This document shows, piece after piece, positions 1-9,437 of a stretch of 64,000 nt of DNA. Positions within the stretch are counted from its first letter, which is position 1; each line of letters begins with the position of its first letter. The notes under the pieces were generated by a model that saw only the letters and a program-made list of their open reading frames with translations, was not told the origin of the DNA and did not search any database. The stretch lies in NCBI GenBank assembly GCA_965227775.1, contig OZ245777.1, positions 928,001 through 992,000 on the forward strand. Reading direction: 5' to 3'. A program made the position numbers and the translations under genes. Source of the DNA: Phycisphaerales bacterium. GTDB lineage: Bacteria > Planctomycetota > Phycisphaerae > Phycisphaerales > UBA1924.

Positions 1-252
1 GACGAGATCGCCGGCCGCCTCGACTACATCCTGGCCGATGCCAGCGGCGTCGATGACTTCGTCGCCCTGACCTTCGGTTACACCCGTTACATCTATGGCG
101 ACCAGAGCGCCAAGTTCGTTGTCGACGTGTTCTTCGTCTTCGAGACGGTGAACATGACCCCGCTCAGCGGTGGTAGCGAGGGCCTCGCCCTGCTGCCCGA
201 CAACGGCGACCCGCAGGCCGGTGCCCGCGGCATGTTCCAGCTGAACTTCTGA
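1..252 (+). CDS. Partial (3' end) outer-membrane beta-barrel/porin-like protein
   Basis: Frame 1 is open from the window edge: DEIAGRLDYI...ALTFGYTRYIYG...AGARGMFQLNF*. Alternating beta-strand pattern with terminal Phe. Confidence 0.6.
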   Translation, partial: DEIAGRLDYILADASGVDDFVALTFGYTRYIYGDQSAKFVVDVFFVFETVNMTPLSGGSEGLALLPDNGDPQAGARGMFQLNF

Positions 253-287
253 TCTTCCAGAAGCCAGCAGGACTGAGTTGATTCAAA

Positions 288-324
288 GAGCGGGCGGCCC
301 GGTGTGGGTCGCCCGCTTCTTTTG
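288..324. terminator. Intrinsic terminator hairpin between convergent genes
   Basis: gcgggcggccc-ggtgt-gggtcgcccgc followed by ttcttttg. Confidence 0.7.
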
Positions 325-375
325 TGTCTCCGCACGCTCATCTCGTACGCGCCCCCGCGAACGAGATTCCTCTGC

Positions 376-2247
376 CTACATGCGATCAAGCGTGGGTAGC
401 CCAAGCACGCCCAGACCATCGTCGAGCACGCGGGCCGTCAGGTCGCACAGCCACAGCCGGCTGTCACGCGTCGCATCGTCTTCGGCCCCCAGTACCTTGC
501 ACGACTGGTAGAAGCCGCTAAACCGATTTGCGATCTCGAGCATGTGCTGGCACAGGCGGTGCGGCTCTAAGTGCTCGCCCACGGCGCGCACGACCGACGG
601 ATACCGCAAGAGCGCCATCGCGAGTTGCTTCTCGGCCCCGTGCTCGATGCGCACGCTCGCGTCCTTCCAGGCATCGCCCACGCCGCGCGCGTCTGCCTCA
701 CGGAACATGCTGCGGATGCGTACCAGCGCGTAGAGCAAGTACGGCCCGGTATCGCCCTCAAACGCCAGGATGCGATCGAAGTCGAACACGTAGTCGCGGA
801 CGCGGTCGTTCGAAAGATCGGCAAACTTGAGCGCCGCCATCGCGACGACCTCGCCGGTCTTCTCCCGCGCTTCGGCATCGAGCCCGTCATTGCGCTCGGC
901 GACAACCCTTTCGGCTCTTTCGTGCGCCTCGTCCAGAAGGTCTTGCAGCTTCACACTCTCGCCCGAGCGCGTCTTGAAGGGCTTGCCGTCCGTTCCCAGG
1001 ATGGTGCCGAACGCCGCGTGCTCCAGGCTTGCGTCCACACCGTCGGGTGTCGTTGCATACCCGGCCTTGCGCGCCGCGGCGAAGACTTGGCGGAAGTGCA
1101 TCGCCTGGCGTACGTCCACGCAGTAGATCACGCGGCTGGCGCCAAAGTCGCGCACACGCCGCCTGATCGCCGCGACATCGGTGGTCGCGTATAAGAATCC
1201 GCCGTCACCCTTGCGCATCAGCGCGGGCGGGTCCTTGCCCTCGCCGCGCACGACAAGCGCGCCGCCGTCTTCCTCGGCCACGCCGCGATTCACCAGGTCA
1301 TCGACCATCGGCCCGAGCTCGTCGCGATAGCTGGACTCGCCCGCGCTGGCTTCCAGCGTGATGCGCGTGTGCATGCGCCGGCACACGTCCATGCACGCGC
1401 CCATCGTGACATCGCTGATGCGTTGCCACAAGTCAACGGCCCACTGCTCACCGCCCTGCAGCGCCACGAGCGTCGCCTTGGCACGCGCCATTGCCTCGTC
1501 GGCGTCGGCAACCTCGGCCTCGAGCTCGGCCAGCACCTTCGGGCCAAGGTCCCACTTAGTGGCCAGCCGCAGGCCCGTACGCCCGGCGTCTGTGCGCTTC
1601 TTCATGGCCTTGTAAATCGCGTCGAGATCGTCGAGCGTCACGGTGTTGAGGTCGAGCCGGCCCGCCTCGCTCTCGCGATGGAGCTCGTCGACCACCATCG
1701 CGATGGGCAGGCCCCAGTCGCCCACGTGGTTCTGGCGGATGGCGTTGTGCCCAAGCCGCTCGAACGTCCGTGCGATCGCATCGCCGATGACGATCGCCCG
1801 GATGTGCCCCACGTGCATCTGCTTCGCGAGATTCACGCCGCACACATCAACCACGATCTTCTGCGGTGTCGCGACAGGCGGCAGGCCCAGGTCGTCTCCG
1901 GCCATCTCGCCAAGCAGCCCCGCGAGAGCCGGCCCGCGCAGCGAGATGTTGATGAACCCAGGTCCGGCGATTGACGCGTCGTCGAGCGGTTCGGCGATGT
2001 CCGAGATGTCCACCGCCTCGACGATGGCGGCCGCCACGTCGCGCGGGTTGCGCTTCACCATCTTGCCTAGCGCCATCGCGGCGTTGCACTGGAAATCGCC
2101 CATGGCCGCCTTCTTGCTGGGCGCAATCAGCGGGTCGGCCTTGCCGGCAACCTCCGGAAACGCGCGGTCGATCGCGGCACGGAACCGCTCATCAAGGATC
2201 GCGACCGGGTCGAGTTGGGCTGCCGGCAGGCTCTGGCTCGTGCTCAT
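376..2247 (-). CDS. argS: Arginine--tRNA ligase
   Basis: GDFQCNAAM, GPGFINI, HIGH-like MHVGHIR, NHVGDWG, FKTRSG, GDTGPYLLY, DALR-type C-terminus. Confidence 0.97.
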   Translation of the reverse strand: MSTSQSLPAAQLDPVAILDERFRAAIDRAFPEVAGKADPLIAPSKKAAMGDFQCNAAMALGKMVKRNPRDVAAAIVEAVDISDIAEPLDDASIAGPGFINISLRGPALAGLLGEMAGDDLGLPPVATPQKIVVDVCGVNLAKQMHVGHIRAIVIGDAIARTFERLGHNAIRQNHVGDWGLPIAMVVDELHRESEAGRLDLNTVTLDDLDAIYKAMKKRTDAGRTGLRLATKWDLGPKVLAELEAEVADADEAMARAKATLVALQGGEQWAVDLWQRISDVTMGACMDVCRRMHTRITLEASAGESSYRDELGPMVDDLVNRGVAEEDGGALVVRGEGKDPPALMRKGDGGFLYATTDVAAIRRRVRDFGASRVIYCVDVRQAMHFRQVFAAARKAGYATTPDGVDASLEHAAFGTILGTDGKPFKTRSGESVKLQDLLDEAHERAERVVAERNDGLDAEAREKTGEVVAMAALKFADLSNDRVRDYVFDFDRILAFEGDTGPYLLYALVRIRSMFREADARGVGDAWKDASVRIEHGAEKQLAMALLRYPSVVRAVGEHLEPHRLCQHMLEIANRFSGFYQSCKVLGAEDDATRDSRLWLCDLTARVLDDGLGVLGLPTLDRM

Positions 2248-2265
2248 CGGGCCATCGTACGGGCC

Positions 2266-3102
2266 CTACTGCTCGCGCGCCCACGACCGAAGCCGCTCGC
2301 GCAGCTCATCGGCGTACCGCAGCGTCGAGGTTGAGGCCATCAGCACCTCGTCGTCTCGCAGCACCGCTACGCGGCCGCGCTCGACCGCGGGAATCGGCAG
2401 GTCGGCGATCGGCCCAAGCAGCGATCGCCAATCTTCGGCCTTGCCCGGGGCCAGCAGCACGATCGCGTCGGGCGAGATCGTGAGCACGTCCTCGACATCC
2501 AGCGGCATGTACGGCCGACCATCGTCGAGCGCCGAAACGCCACCCAGCCGCAGCAGCACCTCATGGTGCACCGATCCGGGCCCCAGCGCCGCTACCGGCG
2601 TACCAGGCAAGAGCAACAGCACGCGACAGGCGTCAGCAAGCTCGGCGTCCGACGCGAGCGCCGCCTCGAATCGCTCGCCAGGCGGCGGGCCCGCATCGAC
2701 CTCCTCCGACACCAGCGCGTGCACGTCTGCGGCCACGTCGGCCAGTTGCTCCAGGCTCGTCAGCTCAAACGCCCGCACCTCGAAGCCGACCCGGCCGGCC
2801 AGCTCTGTCAGACCCACCGGCACGGCCGACGCGCCCGACTCGTAGAACACGTGCGTCGCCTCGACGCCCGAGAGCCGCTCGAGATCGATGCCCGCCGCGT
2901 CCCCCACCACTGGCAGCGCCGGATCGAGCGCGACGTCGTACCCCGACCGCCCAACGGCCAGCCCTTCGGCCCCGAAGTCTCGCAGCATAATGCCGACCGC
3001 CGGGCTCGTCGTCGCGATGCGCAGCCCGCTTTCGGGCGGTGAGCTTGGAGCTTTACCACACGCGGCGAGAACGAACAAGAGCAGGAACGCAAGCCACCTC
3101 AC
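2266..3102 (-). CDS. ABC transporter substrate-binding lipoprotein (BtuF/Fe-siderophore class III fold)
   Basis: Lipobox LAAC; RIATTSPA, VGRSGYD, IDLERL, SPDAIVLL, IPAVERGRV. Confidence 0.7.
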   Translation of the reverse strand: MRWLAFLLLFVLAACGKAPSSPPESGLRIATTSPAVGIMLRDFGAEGLAVGRSGYDVALDPALPVVGDAAGIDLERLSGVEATHVFYESGASAVPVGLTELAGRVGFEVRAFELTSLEQLADVAADVHALVSEEVDAGPPPGERFEAALASDAELADACRVLLLLPGTPVAALGPGSVHHEVLLRLGGVSALDDGRPYMPLDVEDVLTISPDAIVLLAPGKAEDWRSLLGPIADLPIPAVERGRVAVLRDDEVLMASTSTLRYADELRERLRSWAREQ

Positions 3103-4460
3103 GCCAGCACCGCCGTCGCCTCGCGCACGTGCGCGTCAAGATCTCTGAGCGCGGCATCATCGTGCAGCGCGAACGGCCAGGTGCGATCGAGCACCTGGTC
3201 CATGTCCTGCAACCGCTCATGCTCGGCGTTCGCGTTCTGACGCATGGCATCGAGCGTGGCTCCGCCGGCGTTGCGAGCCTCGTGCAGCACAGACCGCAAC
3301 TCGTTGAATAATCGCCGCCGCTCGCTCGAGTGCCGGGGTGCATCCGTGATGGCTTTCACGATCTCGTCGCGCTTCTGCTGCCGATCGTGTTGATCGAGCA
3401 TCTCGGGATGGTGCCTCGCGTGATGCAGCCGCCATGCGGCTCCGGCGGCGCGCGTGGGGTCGGGCAGCGGGCCATCGCGCAGCGGCAGCCGCAGCGTTGC
3501 TGTCGCCACCACGCCGGGCCCGATGTCGGCCTTGCCCATCCACGCGTCAAGCCACGCGTGCGTCACGGCGTCATACGCCTCGCCCCCGGTGCCCATCACC
3601 CACGCATCGCACAGCAGCGTGCGCGCAAAGCCGGTCATCGACAGTGCCCTTGGTGCGATTTGTTCGGGCAGCGGCGCATCGCCGAATACGGGCCGCCTGG
3701 GCTTCTCGGGCGTAAGCGCCCACAGCGGCAGCTCCCACTTTGGCGCCATGTCGAGCGAACGCACGCCCGCATCCGCATTGTCCTGAGCCGCCGCGTTGTA
3801 CGCGAGCACGCAGCCGCGCGCCTCGCGGTGCATGCGATCGGCCCACATCCTGAACGCCGCGCCTCGTGCCATGGTGGACGCCATCAGCGTCGCATCGACC
3901 TCGATGCCGAGCGCGTCCCGCGCGATGTCCAGCATCGCCCCCGTGTACTGCCGCGCGAGCGATGGCTCGCCCCGCCGCGCCGAAAGCGCCGTGTGCAAGC
4001 GGTCCAGGCCTTGTTTCGCAGCCTCGTGCGGCCACTCCGTGCGCGCATCGCGTGGGGTCGTGCCGGGCTCGATCGTCAGCCGAGAGCCCGTCGGCGTTCC
4101 CGGGCGCACGAACGCGCCCGCATCCACCAGCCACTCGCGTCGCTTCAGCCGGCCCTCGTGCGTGCACGCGGGGTACGCGACCATCGTCGGCTCGTTGGCG
4201 TCCTGGTCAGGCGTGAGCCACACGAGCGCCGCGTCATTCCGCTTGGCGAGTTCATCCGCGGCGATCAGCTTTGCGAGGATGCCCGCGTGCCACGCCTCGG
4301 CCTGGTGCCCCACCATCACGATGGGCTTGTCGACGGGCAACCCGAGCTCGGCACGGGCCGCCGCCTTCGCCGCAGATGGTTTTGCGAGCGCGTGGATGGT
4401 GGTGCCCGACTCGGCGTGCACCGAAACCGACGCGAGCAGTTGCTCCATCACGCCGGACAT
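3099..4460 (-). CDS. Conserved hypothetical protein, BshC-like nucleotidyltransferase-fold candidate
   Basis: IVMVGHQ..WHAGILAK..LVWLTPDQD, PRAL, GTGGEAYD; overlaps both neighbouring genes. Confidence 0.5.
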   Translation of the reverse strand: MSGVMEQLLASVSVHAESGTTIHALAKPSAAKAAARAELGLPVDKPIVMVGHQAEAWHAGILAKLIAADELAKRNDAALVWLTPDQDANEPTMVAYPACTHEGRLKRREWLVDAGAFVRPGTPTGSRLTIEPGTTPRDARTEWPHEAAKQGLDRLHTALSARRGEPSLARQYTGAMLDIARDALGIEVDATLMASTMARGAAFRMWADRMHREARGCVLAYNAAAQDNADAGVRSLDMAPKWELPLWALTPEKPRRPVFGDAPLPEQIAPRALSMTGFARTLLCDAWVMGTGGEAYDAVTHAWLDAWMGKADIGPGVVATATLRLPLRDGPLPDPTRAAGAAWRLHHARHHPEMLDQHDRQQKRDEIVKAITDAPRHSSERRRLFNELRSVLHEARNAGGATLDAMRQNANAEHERLQDMDQVLDRTWPFALHDDAALRDLDAHVREATAVLA

Positions 4461-5173
4461 CGCCGCGCCAGCCGATCGGAACAGCGAGCAAGCTCGCGCG
4501 CGAGCACCTCGCGATAGTGCGTCAGCCGATGATCGTGATCGTCGAGCGGCCCGCCGAACGAGCGCGTCGCGTCGTTATAGATCAGGCGCACGGGCAGCTC
4601 GCCGATGCGCAGCCCCGCCGCGACCGCCTGCACCCAGAACTGCATCGGGAACGCGTAGCCATCGACGTCGAGGTCGAGTTGCTGCAACGCCGACACGCGA
4701 TAGGCCTTGAAGCCGCAGAACGCGTCGGTCAGCTTCAATCCCAGGCGGCTGTTGAGCCCGTCGGTGATGAGGCCGTTGATCTGCCGGCGTTCCTCGGGCG
4801 GTGCGTCGTTCTCGGGGTGCACGTCGAGGTACCGCGAGCCGCTCACGACATCCAGGTCGTCGCGCTCGATGGCTTGCAAGAAGTCGGGAATGGACGCGGG
4901 CTCGTGCTGCTCGTCGCAGTCCATGGTGATGACCCAGTCGAACTTGTCGACCGCGGCCCACCGGAACGCGTCCATCAACGACCTGCCATACCCGCGGTTG
5001 TTCGCGTGGCGGATGACCTCGACGGGAAATTTAGCCAGCAGCGACGGCGTCGCGTCGGTCGAGCCATCATCGAGCACCAGCACGTCGGGCAGGTACTCGC
5101 TCACACGGCCCAGTACGCGCTGCACGTACTTCTCTTCGTTGTAGACAGGGATGGCAAGCAACGTTCGGGCCAT
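4448..5173 (-). CDS. Glycosyltransferase family 2 (DPM/PPM synthase-like)
   Basis: IPVYNEE, LDDGSTD, NRGYG, MDCDEQH, GSRY, DAFCGFKAY. Confidence 0.9.
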   Translation of the reverse strand: MARTLLAIPVYNEEKYVQRVLGRVSEYLPDVLVLDDGSTDATPSLLAKFPVEVIRHANNRGYGRSLMDAFRWAAVDKFDWVITMDCDEQHEPASIPDFLQAIERDDLDVVSGSRYLDVHPENDAPPEERRQINGLITDGLNSRLGLKLTDAFCGFKAYRVSALQQLDLDVDGYAFPMQFWVQAVAAGLRIGELPVRLIYNDATRSFGGPLDDHDHRLTHYREVLARELARCSDRLARRCPA

Positions 5174-5212
5174 GGATCCTCCTGCGGGGGCGCTCATTCA
5201 AGGAGCCGACGG

Positions 5213-5776
5213 TTACTCGTCGGCCGACGCCCCGTGGGCGGGCTCCGGAGCCGGGTAGTACGGGTCGCCCGCCTGCCCCTCGCGCTCCCCGCGCGCCAGC
5301 GAGGTGTACGCCTCGAAGCCGAAGGGCATGTCGCGCCCCTCGCTCCCCCGGCGTTGCGAACGGTTCTGCCGCCCCGCTTCTTCGATCTTCTGCATGAGTT
5401 CGGGCGTCAACGCGTGGAAGGCCCGAATCTCGTGCACGGGGATGGTGTACAGCTCGCCCGCGGGCGTCTTGATCTGGAAGATGCTGCACTCGACCGCCTG
5501 CGACACCGCCCGGTCGGCCTCATCGCCCTGGATGCCGCAGGCCAACATGGGATACACCTCGCCGATGGCGATCCGCTCGCCGCCGTGTGTCAGGATCGCC
5601 ATGCGACCGTCGAAGAGCTCCGGCTCGGGCTCGGTGGGCGTCACGCTGCTGACCATCTGGCTGCCGCCGGGCAGCTCCATCGCGGGCGATTGCGACTTTC
5701 GCCGCAATCCCTCTGCCGAGAGCGTGGTCAGGATCTCGCGGCACATGTCGTGCCAGAACGCCTCGCGTAGCGCCAT
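5213..5776 (-). CDS. Hypothetical protein (start uncertain: 5776 or 5890)
   Basis: Globular-looking MALREAFWHDMCREIL...ECSIFQIKTPAGELYTIPVHEIRAFH; co-directional with neighbours. Confidence 0.65.
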   Translation of the reverse strand: MALREAFWHDMCREILTTLSAEGLRRKSQSPAMELPGGSQMVSSVTPTEPEPELFDGRMAILTHGGERIAIGEVYPMLACGIQGDEADRAVSQAVECSIFQIKTPAGELYTIPVHEIRAFHALTPELMQKIEEAGRQNRSQRRGSEGRDMPFGFEAYTSLARGEREGQAGDPYYPAPEPAHGASADE

Positions 5777-5951
5777 GGAATGGCTCGCCGAGGCCGGGAT
5801 CGACCCGCCCTGTCGGCGATCACGCCACGCACCACCCTCGACCACGTCGCCGCCGGCCCGCTGAGGCTTCTCTCCGTTCTGCCCACTCATACGAAGCGAC
5901 AATAGCGGCCCGCGCACCCCAGCGAGCAATCTTCTACCGTGGACATACGCA

Positions 5952-7130
5952 CTATCCCTCAGCTTCAGCCAAGGCCTCGGCCCGCGTCGCAGCCAGGCCC
6001 CGCCGGACGTACTCGATCTCCCGGGCCCACGCCCGAGCGGCGGTGTCTTCCACACCCGGCAGGTCGGCCTGCACCGGGGCCCGCGTCCGCAAGACCTCGG
6101 GGTGCCGTTGGGCGATGGCCTCGAAGTCCTTCAGCGCTGCCTCCCCACGCTCGACAGTGGCCAGCGCCGTCCGCCCGCGCTCCCGCACGGCTCGGTCGTA
6201 GGCGCCGCGGCTCAGCCCGCTCTCGATGCGCTCGCGCAGCTGGTCCTTTGCCAGCGCCGACTCGGCCCGCGCCAAGCGCATCAGCCGGTGCCCCTCGGCG
6301 ATCTGCTCTTGCAGGTCGCTGCGCAGGCTCACCCGCTCGGTCCGCACGCCGCGGGCGGCCTCTTCGCCCAGCGCCAGCCGCAGCACACGCCGGGCCGAGC
6401 TCTCCGCTCCGTCGATCATGTGCAGCGCTGCCGCGATCTCCGCAGTAACGTGGCCCTTCGTCCCGCCCTCGGCCCGCGGCTCTACGAGCGTGAGCAGGCC
6501 GCCTTCTTCGCCCGGCGCGACAGGCCCGGTCATCAGCTCGCACTCGCCGGCGATCAGCCGCGTTGCGCGCACCGGCCTTGACGGTCGGAGCAGCCCCTCG
6601 GCCAGGCTGGTGCTAGCGCCGCGGCGCTCGAGCGCGACCCAGAGCTCCGAGTACCGCTCGCGCATCATGCGATCCCGATCGACGCCCTCGGGCATGAGGT
6701 CGTTGCTCGCCGGCGGGCCGTCCCAGGTCACGCCTAGCCCGGGCTCGATCCACGATGCCGAGCCGAGCACCGCGAGCTCGAGCTGCGCCGGTCCGGCTGC
6801 TCCGCCTCCCTCCCCAGCCAGCCACACCCATACCGGCGCCGGTGCCTCAGAAATCGCCGAGCCCAACGCCCACGCCAGGTCATCACGGATCCGGTCCGGT
6901 GCCAGCTCCAGCAGCACGCCCTCGAACCTCGGGTTGGCCCCGCGCTCCAGCTGGATACGTAGTTCTCGGACCAAGGCCGCAGAATCGATCGGCCCCTCGA
7001 CCCGAACGTGCAAGACAACCGCCGTCCGTTCACGCTCCAGACCCAGCATGCACGCACTGCAGCACAGGAGCAACGCCGCCGCAAGCAGCCGCCCTAGGCC
7101 TCGAATATCCAGGAAACCACCCACGCGCAC
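5952..7130 (-). CDS. Putative lipoprotein with degenerate ClpP/NfeD-like N-terminal domain and helical C-terminus
   Basis: Signal/lipobox LLCCSAC; VRVEGPID...GVLLEL...PVWVWL pattern. Confidence 0.5.
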   Translation of the reverse strand: MRVGGFLDIRGLGRLLAAALLLCCSACMLGLERERTAVVLHVRVEGPIDSAALVRELRIQLERGANPRFEGVLLELAPDRIRDDLAWALGSAISEAPAPVWVWLAGEGGGAAGPAQLELAVLGSASWIEPGLGVTWDGPPASNDLMPEGVDRDRMMRERYSELWVALERRGASTSLAEGLLRPSRPVRATRLIAGECELMTGPVAPGEEGGLLTLVEPRAEGGTKGHVTAEIAAALHMIDGAESSARRVLRLALGEEAARGVRTERVSLRSDLQEQIAEGHRLMRLARAESALAKDQLRERIESGLSRGAYDRAVRERGRTALATVERGEAALKDFEAIAQRHPEVLRTRAPVQADLPGVEDTAARAWAREIEYVRRGLAATRAEALAEAEG

Positions 7131-7324
7131 ACCCCCGGTGTCGGCCTTCCGGCAGCAGGGTACCCGAAAGTCCGCGAACTCGGCAATCGAATTTCACTTC
7201 GCGGCGTCCCTGGACGGTTGTGGCACGAATCGACCACAAACCCTGTCCCTCACTCCACTTTGAGGAAAGTGGCGTCCGGAACCCGCCGATGCCTGAGGGC
7301 AACCACGGTGCGGGAGGCACGACT

Positions 7325-7630
7325 ATGGAAAATGGCAAGCGGGAGTTCGACGAGCTCCGCAACATCCTGAAGAAGCTCGATCGTTCACTCGACGAGGCGC
7401 AGCACAAGCGCACGCACGGCTCGACGCCGCCCGTGCCCAGCCCGGCCCACGTGCCCCAGCAGGCAACCCCCGCACCGGCCGTCCCAGCCGCGCACCCCGC
7501 GCCCACGTCGCCCGCGGTCATTCCCGACGAGGACCAACCGGTCGAGGGTCAGCCCGGCCGGCTCAAGGCAAAGCCCCTCCGCCGCAACCGACCCGACAAC
7601 TCCGGTCCGTCGCACGGCTGGGTCCGCTGA
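7325..7630 (+). CDS. Small hypothetical protein (helical N-terminus, Pro/Ala-rich linker)
   Basis: GGGAGG RBS before ATG 7325; MENGKREFDELRNILKKLDRSLDEA. Confidence 0.6.
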   Translation: MENGKREFDELRNILKKLDRSLDEAQHKRTHGSTPPVPSPAHVPQQATPAPAVPAAHPAPTSPAVIPDEDQPVEGQPGRLKAKPLRRNRPDNSGPSHGWVR

Positions 7631-7669
7631 GCCCCACGCACCGTCCGCACCGACACCAGGGAACACGCC

Positions 7670-8131
7670 ATGCTCTCACGCCTCTTCGGCAAGGACAACT
7701 CGAAGCGCCCGCAGCCCCCGCAGGGGCCGGACGTTGAGTCGATGGCGGCCCAGGCCTCGGACACGTCCGACATGGCCACCTTCGATCGCTTCGGCGTCAC
7801 CATCATCGCCACGCTCCAGGAGCGCACGCTCTCGGGCAACGAGGCGGCGGCCCTGGTCGTCGCCCTTACCGACAAGCTCACCGACCCCGACCAGACTCCC
7901 GCGCGCCACGTCGTCCTCGACCTGCAGAACGTCGAGTACATGGACTCGGCCTGCATCGGCGTGCTCGTCGAGCTGCTCACACGTTTGCAGAAGGCCGGCG
8001 GCCGCGTGGCCCTGGTCAACGCCGCGGCCAACGTCGAGTGCCTCTTCAAGCTCACCCGCCTCGATCGCCTCTTCCCCATCTGCCGCGACGTGATGCGCGC
8101 CATTGAAGCCGTCGAACGCCACGCGGCGTAA
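7670..8131 (+). CDS. STAS-domain anti-sigma factor antagonist
   Basis: VVLDLQNVEYMDSACIGVLV...LFKLTRLDRLFPI. Confidence 0.9.
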   Translation: MLSRLFGKDNSKRPQPPQGPDVESMAAQASDTSDMATFDRFGVTIIATLQERTLSGNEAAALVVALTDKLTDPDQTPARHVVLDLQNVEYMDSACIGVLVELLTRLQKAGGRVALVNAAANVECLFKLTRLDRLFPICRDVMRAIEAVERHAA

Positions 8132-8158
8132 ACGAGTTTCATAGAACGCCAAACGGAG

Positions 8159-8192
8159 CACGCCCGAGCGAACCCGCCCGGGCGTGTTACTT
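8159..8192. terminator. Hairpin between convergent genes
   Basis: cacgcccgagcg-aacc-cgcccgggcgtg (one mismatch) followed by ttacttt. Confidence 0.5.
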
Positions 8193-8208
8193 TCGCTGAT
8201 GTGGATCG

Positions 8209-9333
8209 TTACGGCGTGCCAACCGTCCAGCCATCACCGGACTGGCTGACCTCGACCGTGCCGTCCTTGCGTTGGGTGTAGGTCACCGTGCCCTTGGTTG
8301 CTCGGACGGTGACGCCCAGGTCCTTCGCCAGGCAGTTGACCAGGTTCTGACCCTCGTCGCCGTCGCCAACATTGCAGCCGATCAGGCAGATCTCCGCGTC
8401 GTTGGCAAACTTGCCGGCAACCTTCAGGGCGTCGACGAACGCTTGGTAGGCGCCCAGCTTGTCGCCGTCGGCGTTCTTGCCGATCCACTTTCCGTCCTCA
8501 CGCGTGTTGCCGTCGCCCATCGAGATCTGGCCATCGGTGCCGTGGTTGGCGATGATCAGCTTCTTCACGGGCTTGGCGTCGCAGACCTCCTGCGTCGCGT
8601 CGGCCACGTCGTCGACCTCCTCGACGGTGTAGCCCTCCTGGTCCTGGTAGTACTTCCACCGCAGCGAGTGCGTGCCGACCTTGTCGGAGATCACAAGGTC
8701 GGGCTCGTGGATCTCGAGCGTCGTGCTCGTGCCCGTCTTGGCTTCCTTGTCGCTCTCGACCTCGGCCGAGACACCGGCGAACACGGCGGTGATGTCCGTG
8801 CCCGTCGGACCGAAGCGCACCAGGTGGTACACGCCCGGCTCGTTGATCTCGAGCTGGAACTCGCCCAAATCCGCGCAGAAGCCGAGCTGGAAGTCCTCGA
8901 AGTACTGGTACGGCAGATGCGTGCTGCGCGGCGCCTGCACCTGCGTGAAGTCTGGCCCCAGCGGGATGATCGCCGGCACGCCGACTTCCATCTGGTTGTA
9001 GAGGCCAAGCTCGATGTTCTCGCCGTACTGGGCCTCGAAGGGATCAATGATCTGCAACTCGCGGCAGCCCGGCATCGGGTCGCAGCCGCGATCGAAGTCG
9101 TTCTGGTACGCAAGGAAGTCGAAGAGCGTCAACGCCCCATCACCATCCCAGTCAGCCAGTGGATCACCGCTGACGAACGCGTTCTGGAAAGTCAGAAAGT
9201 CAAAGATCGTCAGCCGACCATCGCCGTCGAGATCGGCGCGACAGGCGGGCTGCGCGACTGCAGGAGTAGCGACGCCGGCAAGCAAGGCCGCGGCCGCCGC
9301 GATGAGACCGTTCTTCCACGAGTACATAAGCAT
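8209..9333 (-). CDS. Secreted protein: N-terminal GC-type dockerin module plus C-terminal DUF4347/caspase-like domain
   Basis: AAAGGA RBS, signal peptide, CRADLDGDGRLTIFDFL...FDRGC, then IIANHG...ICLIGCNVG. Confidence 0.75.
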   Translation of the reverse strand: MLMYSWKNGLIAAAAALLAGVATPAVAQPACRADLDGDGRLTIFDFLTFQNAFVSGDPLADWDGDGALTLFDFLAYQNDFDRGCDPMPGCRELQIIDPFEAQYGENIELGLYNQMEVGVPAIIPLGPDFTQVQAPRSTHLPYQYFEDFQLGFCADLGEFQLEINEPGVYHLVRFGPTGTDITAVFAGVSAEVESDKEAKTGTSTTLEIHEPDLVISDKVGTHSLRWKYYQDQEGYTVEEVDDVADATQEVCDAKPVKKLIIANHGTDGQISMGDGNTREDGKWIGKNADGDKLGAYQAFVDALKVAGKFANDAEICLIGCNVGDGDEGQNLVNCLAKDLGVTVRATKGTVTYTQRKDGTVEVSQSGDGWTVGTP

Positions 9334-9437
9334 GGCATGTTCCTTTCGTGCTTGGTGTGCGAGCCACACCAAGGAGCGCAGGAACACCACGCGACTCATG
9401 GCAAAGTCGTGCGAGAGCGCATCAGGTTCTTGCGAAC

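Noticed and set aside
7220..7236. TGGCACG as a sigma-54 promoter
   Set aside because: No GC at the -12 position.
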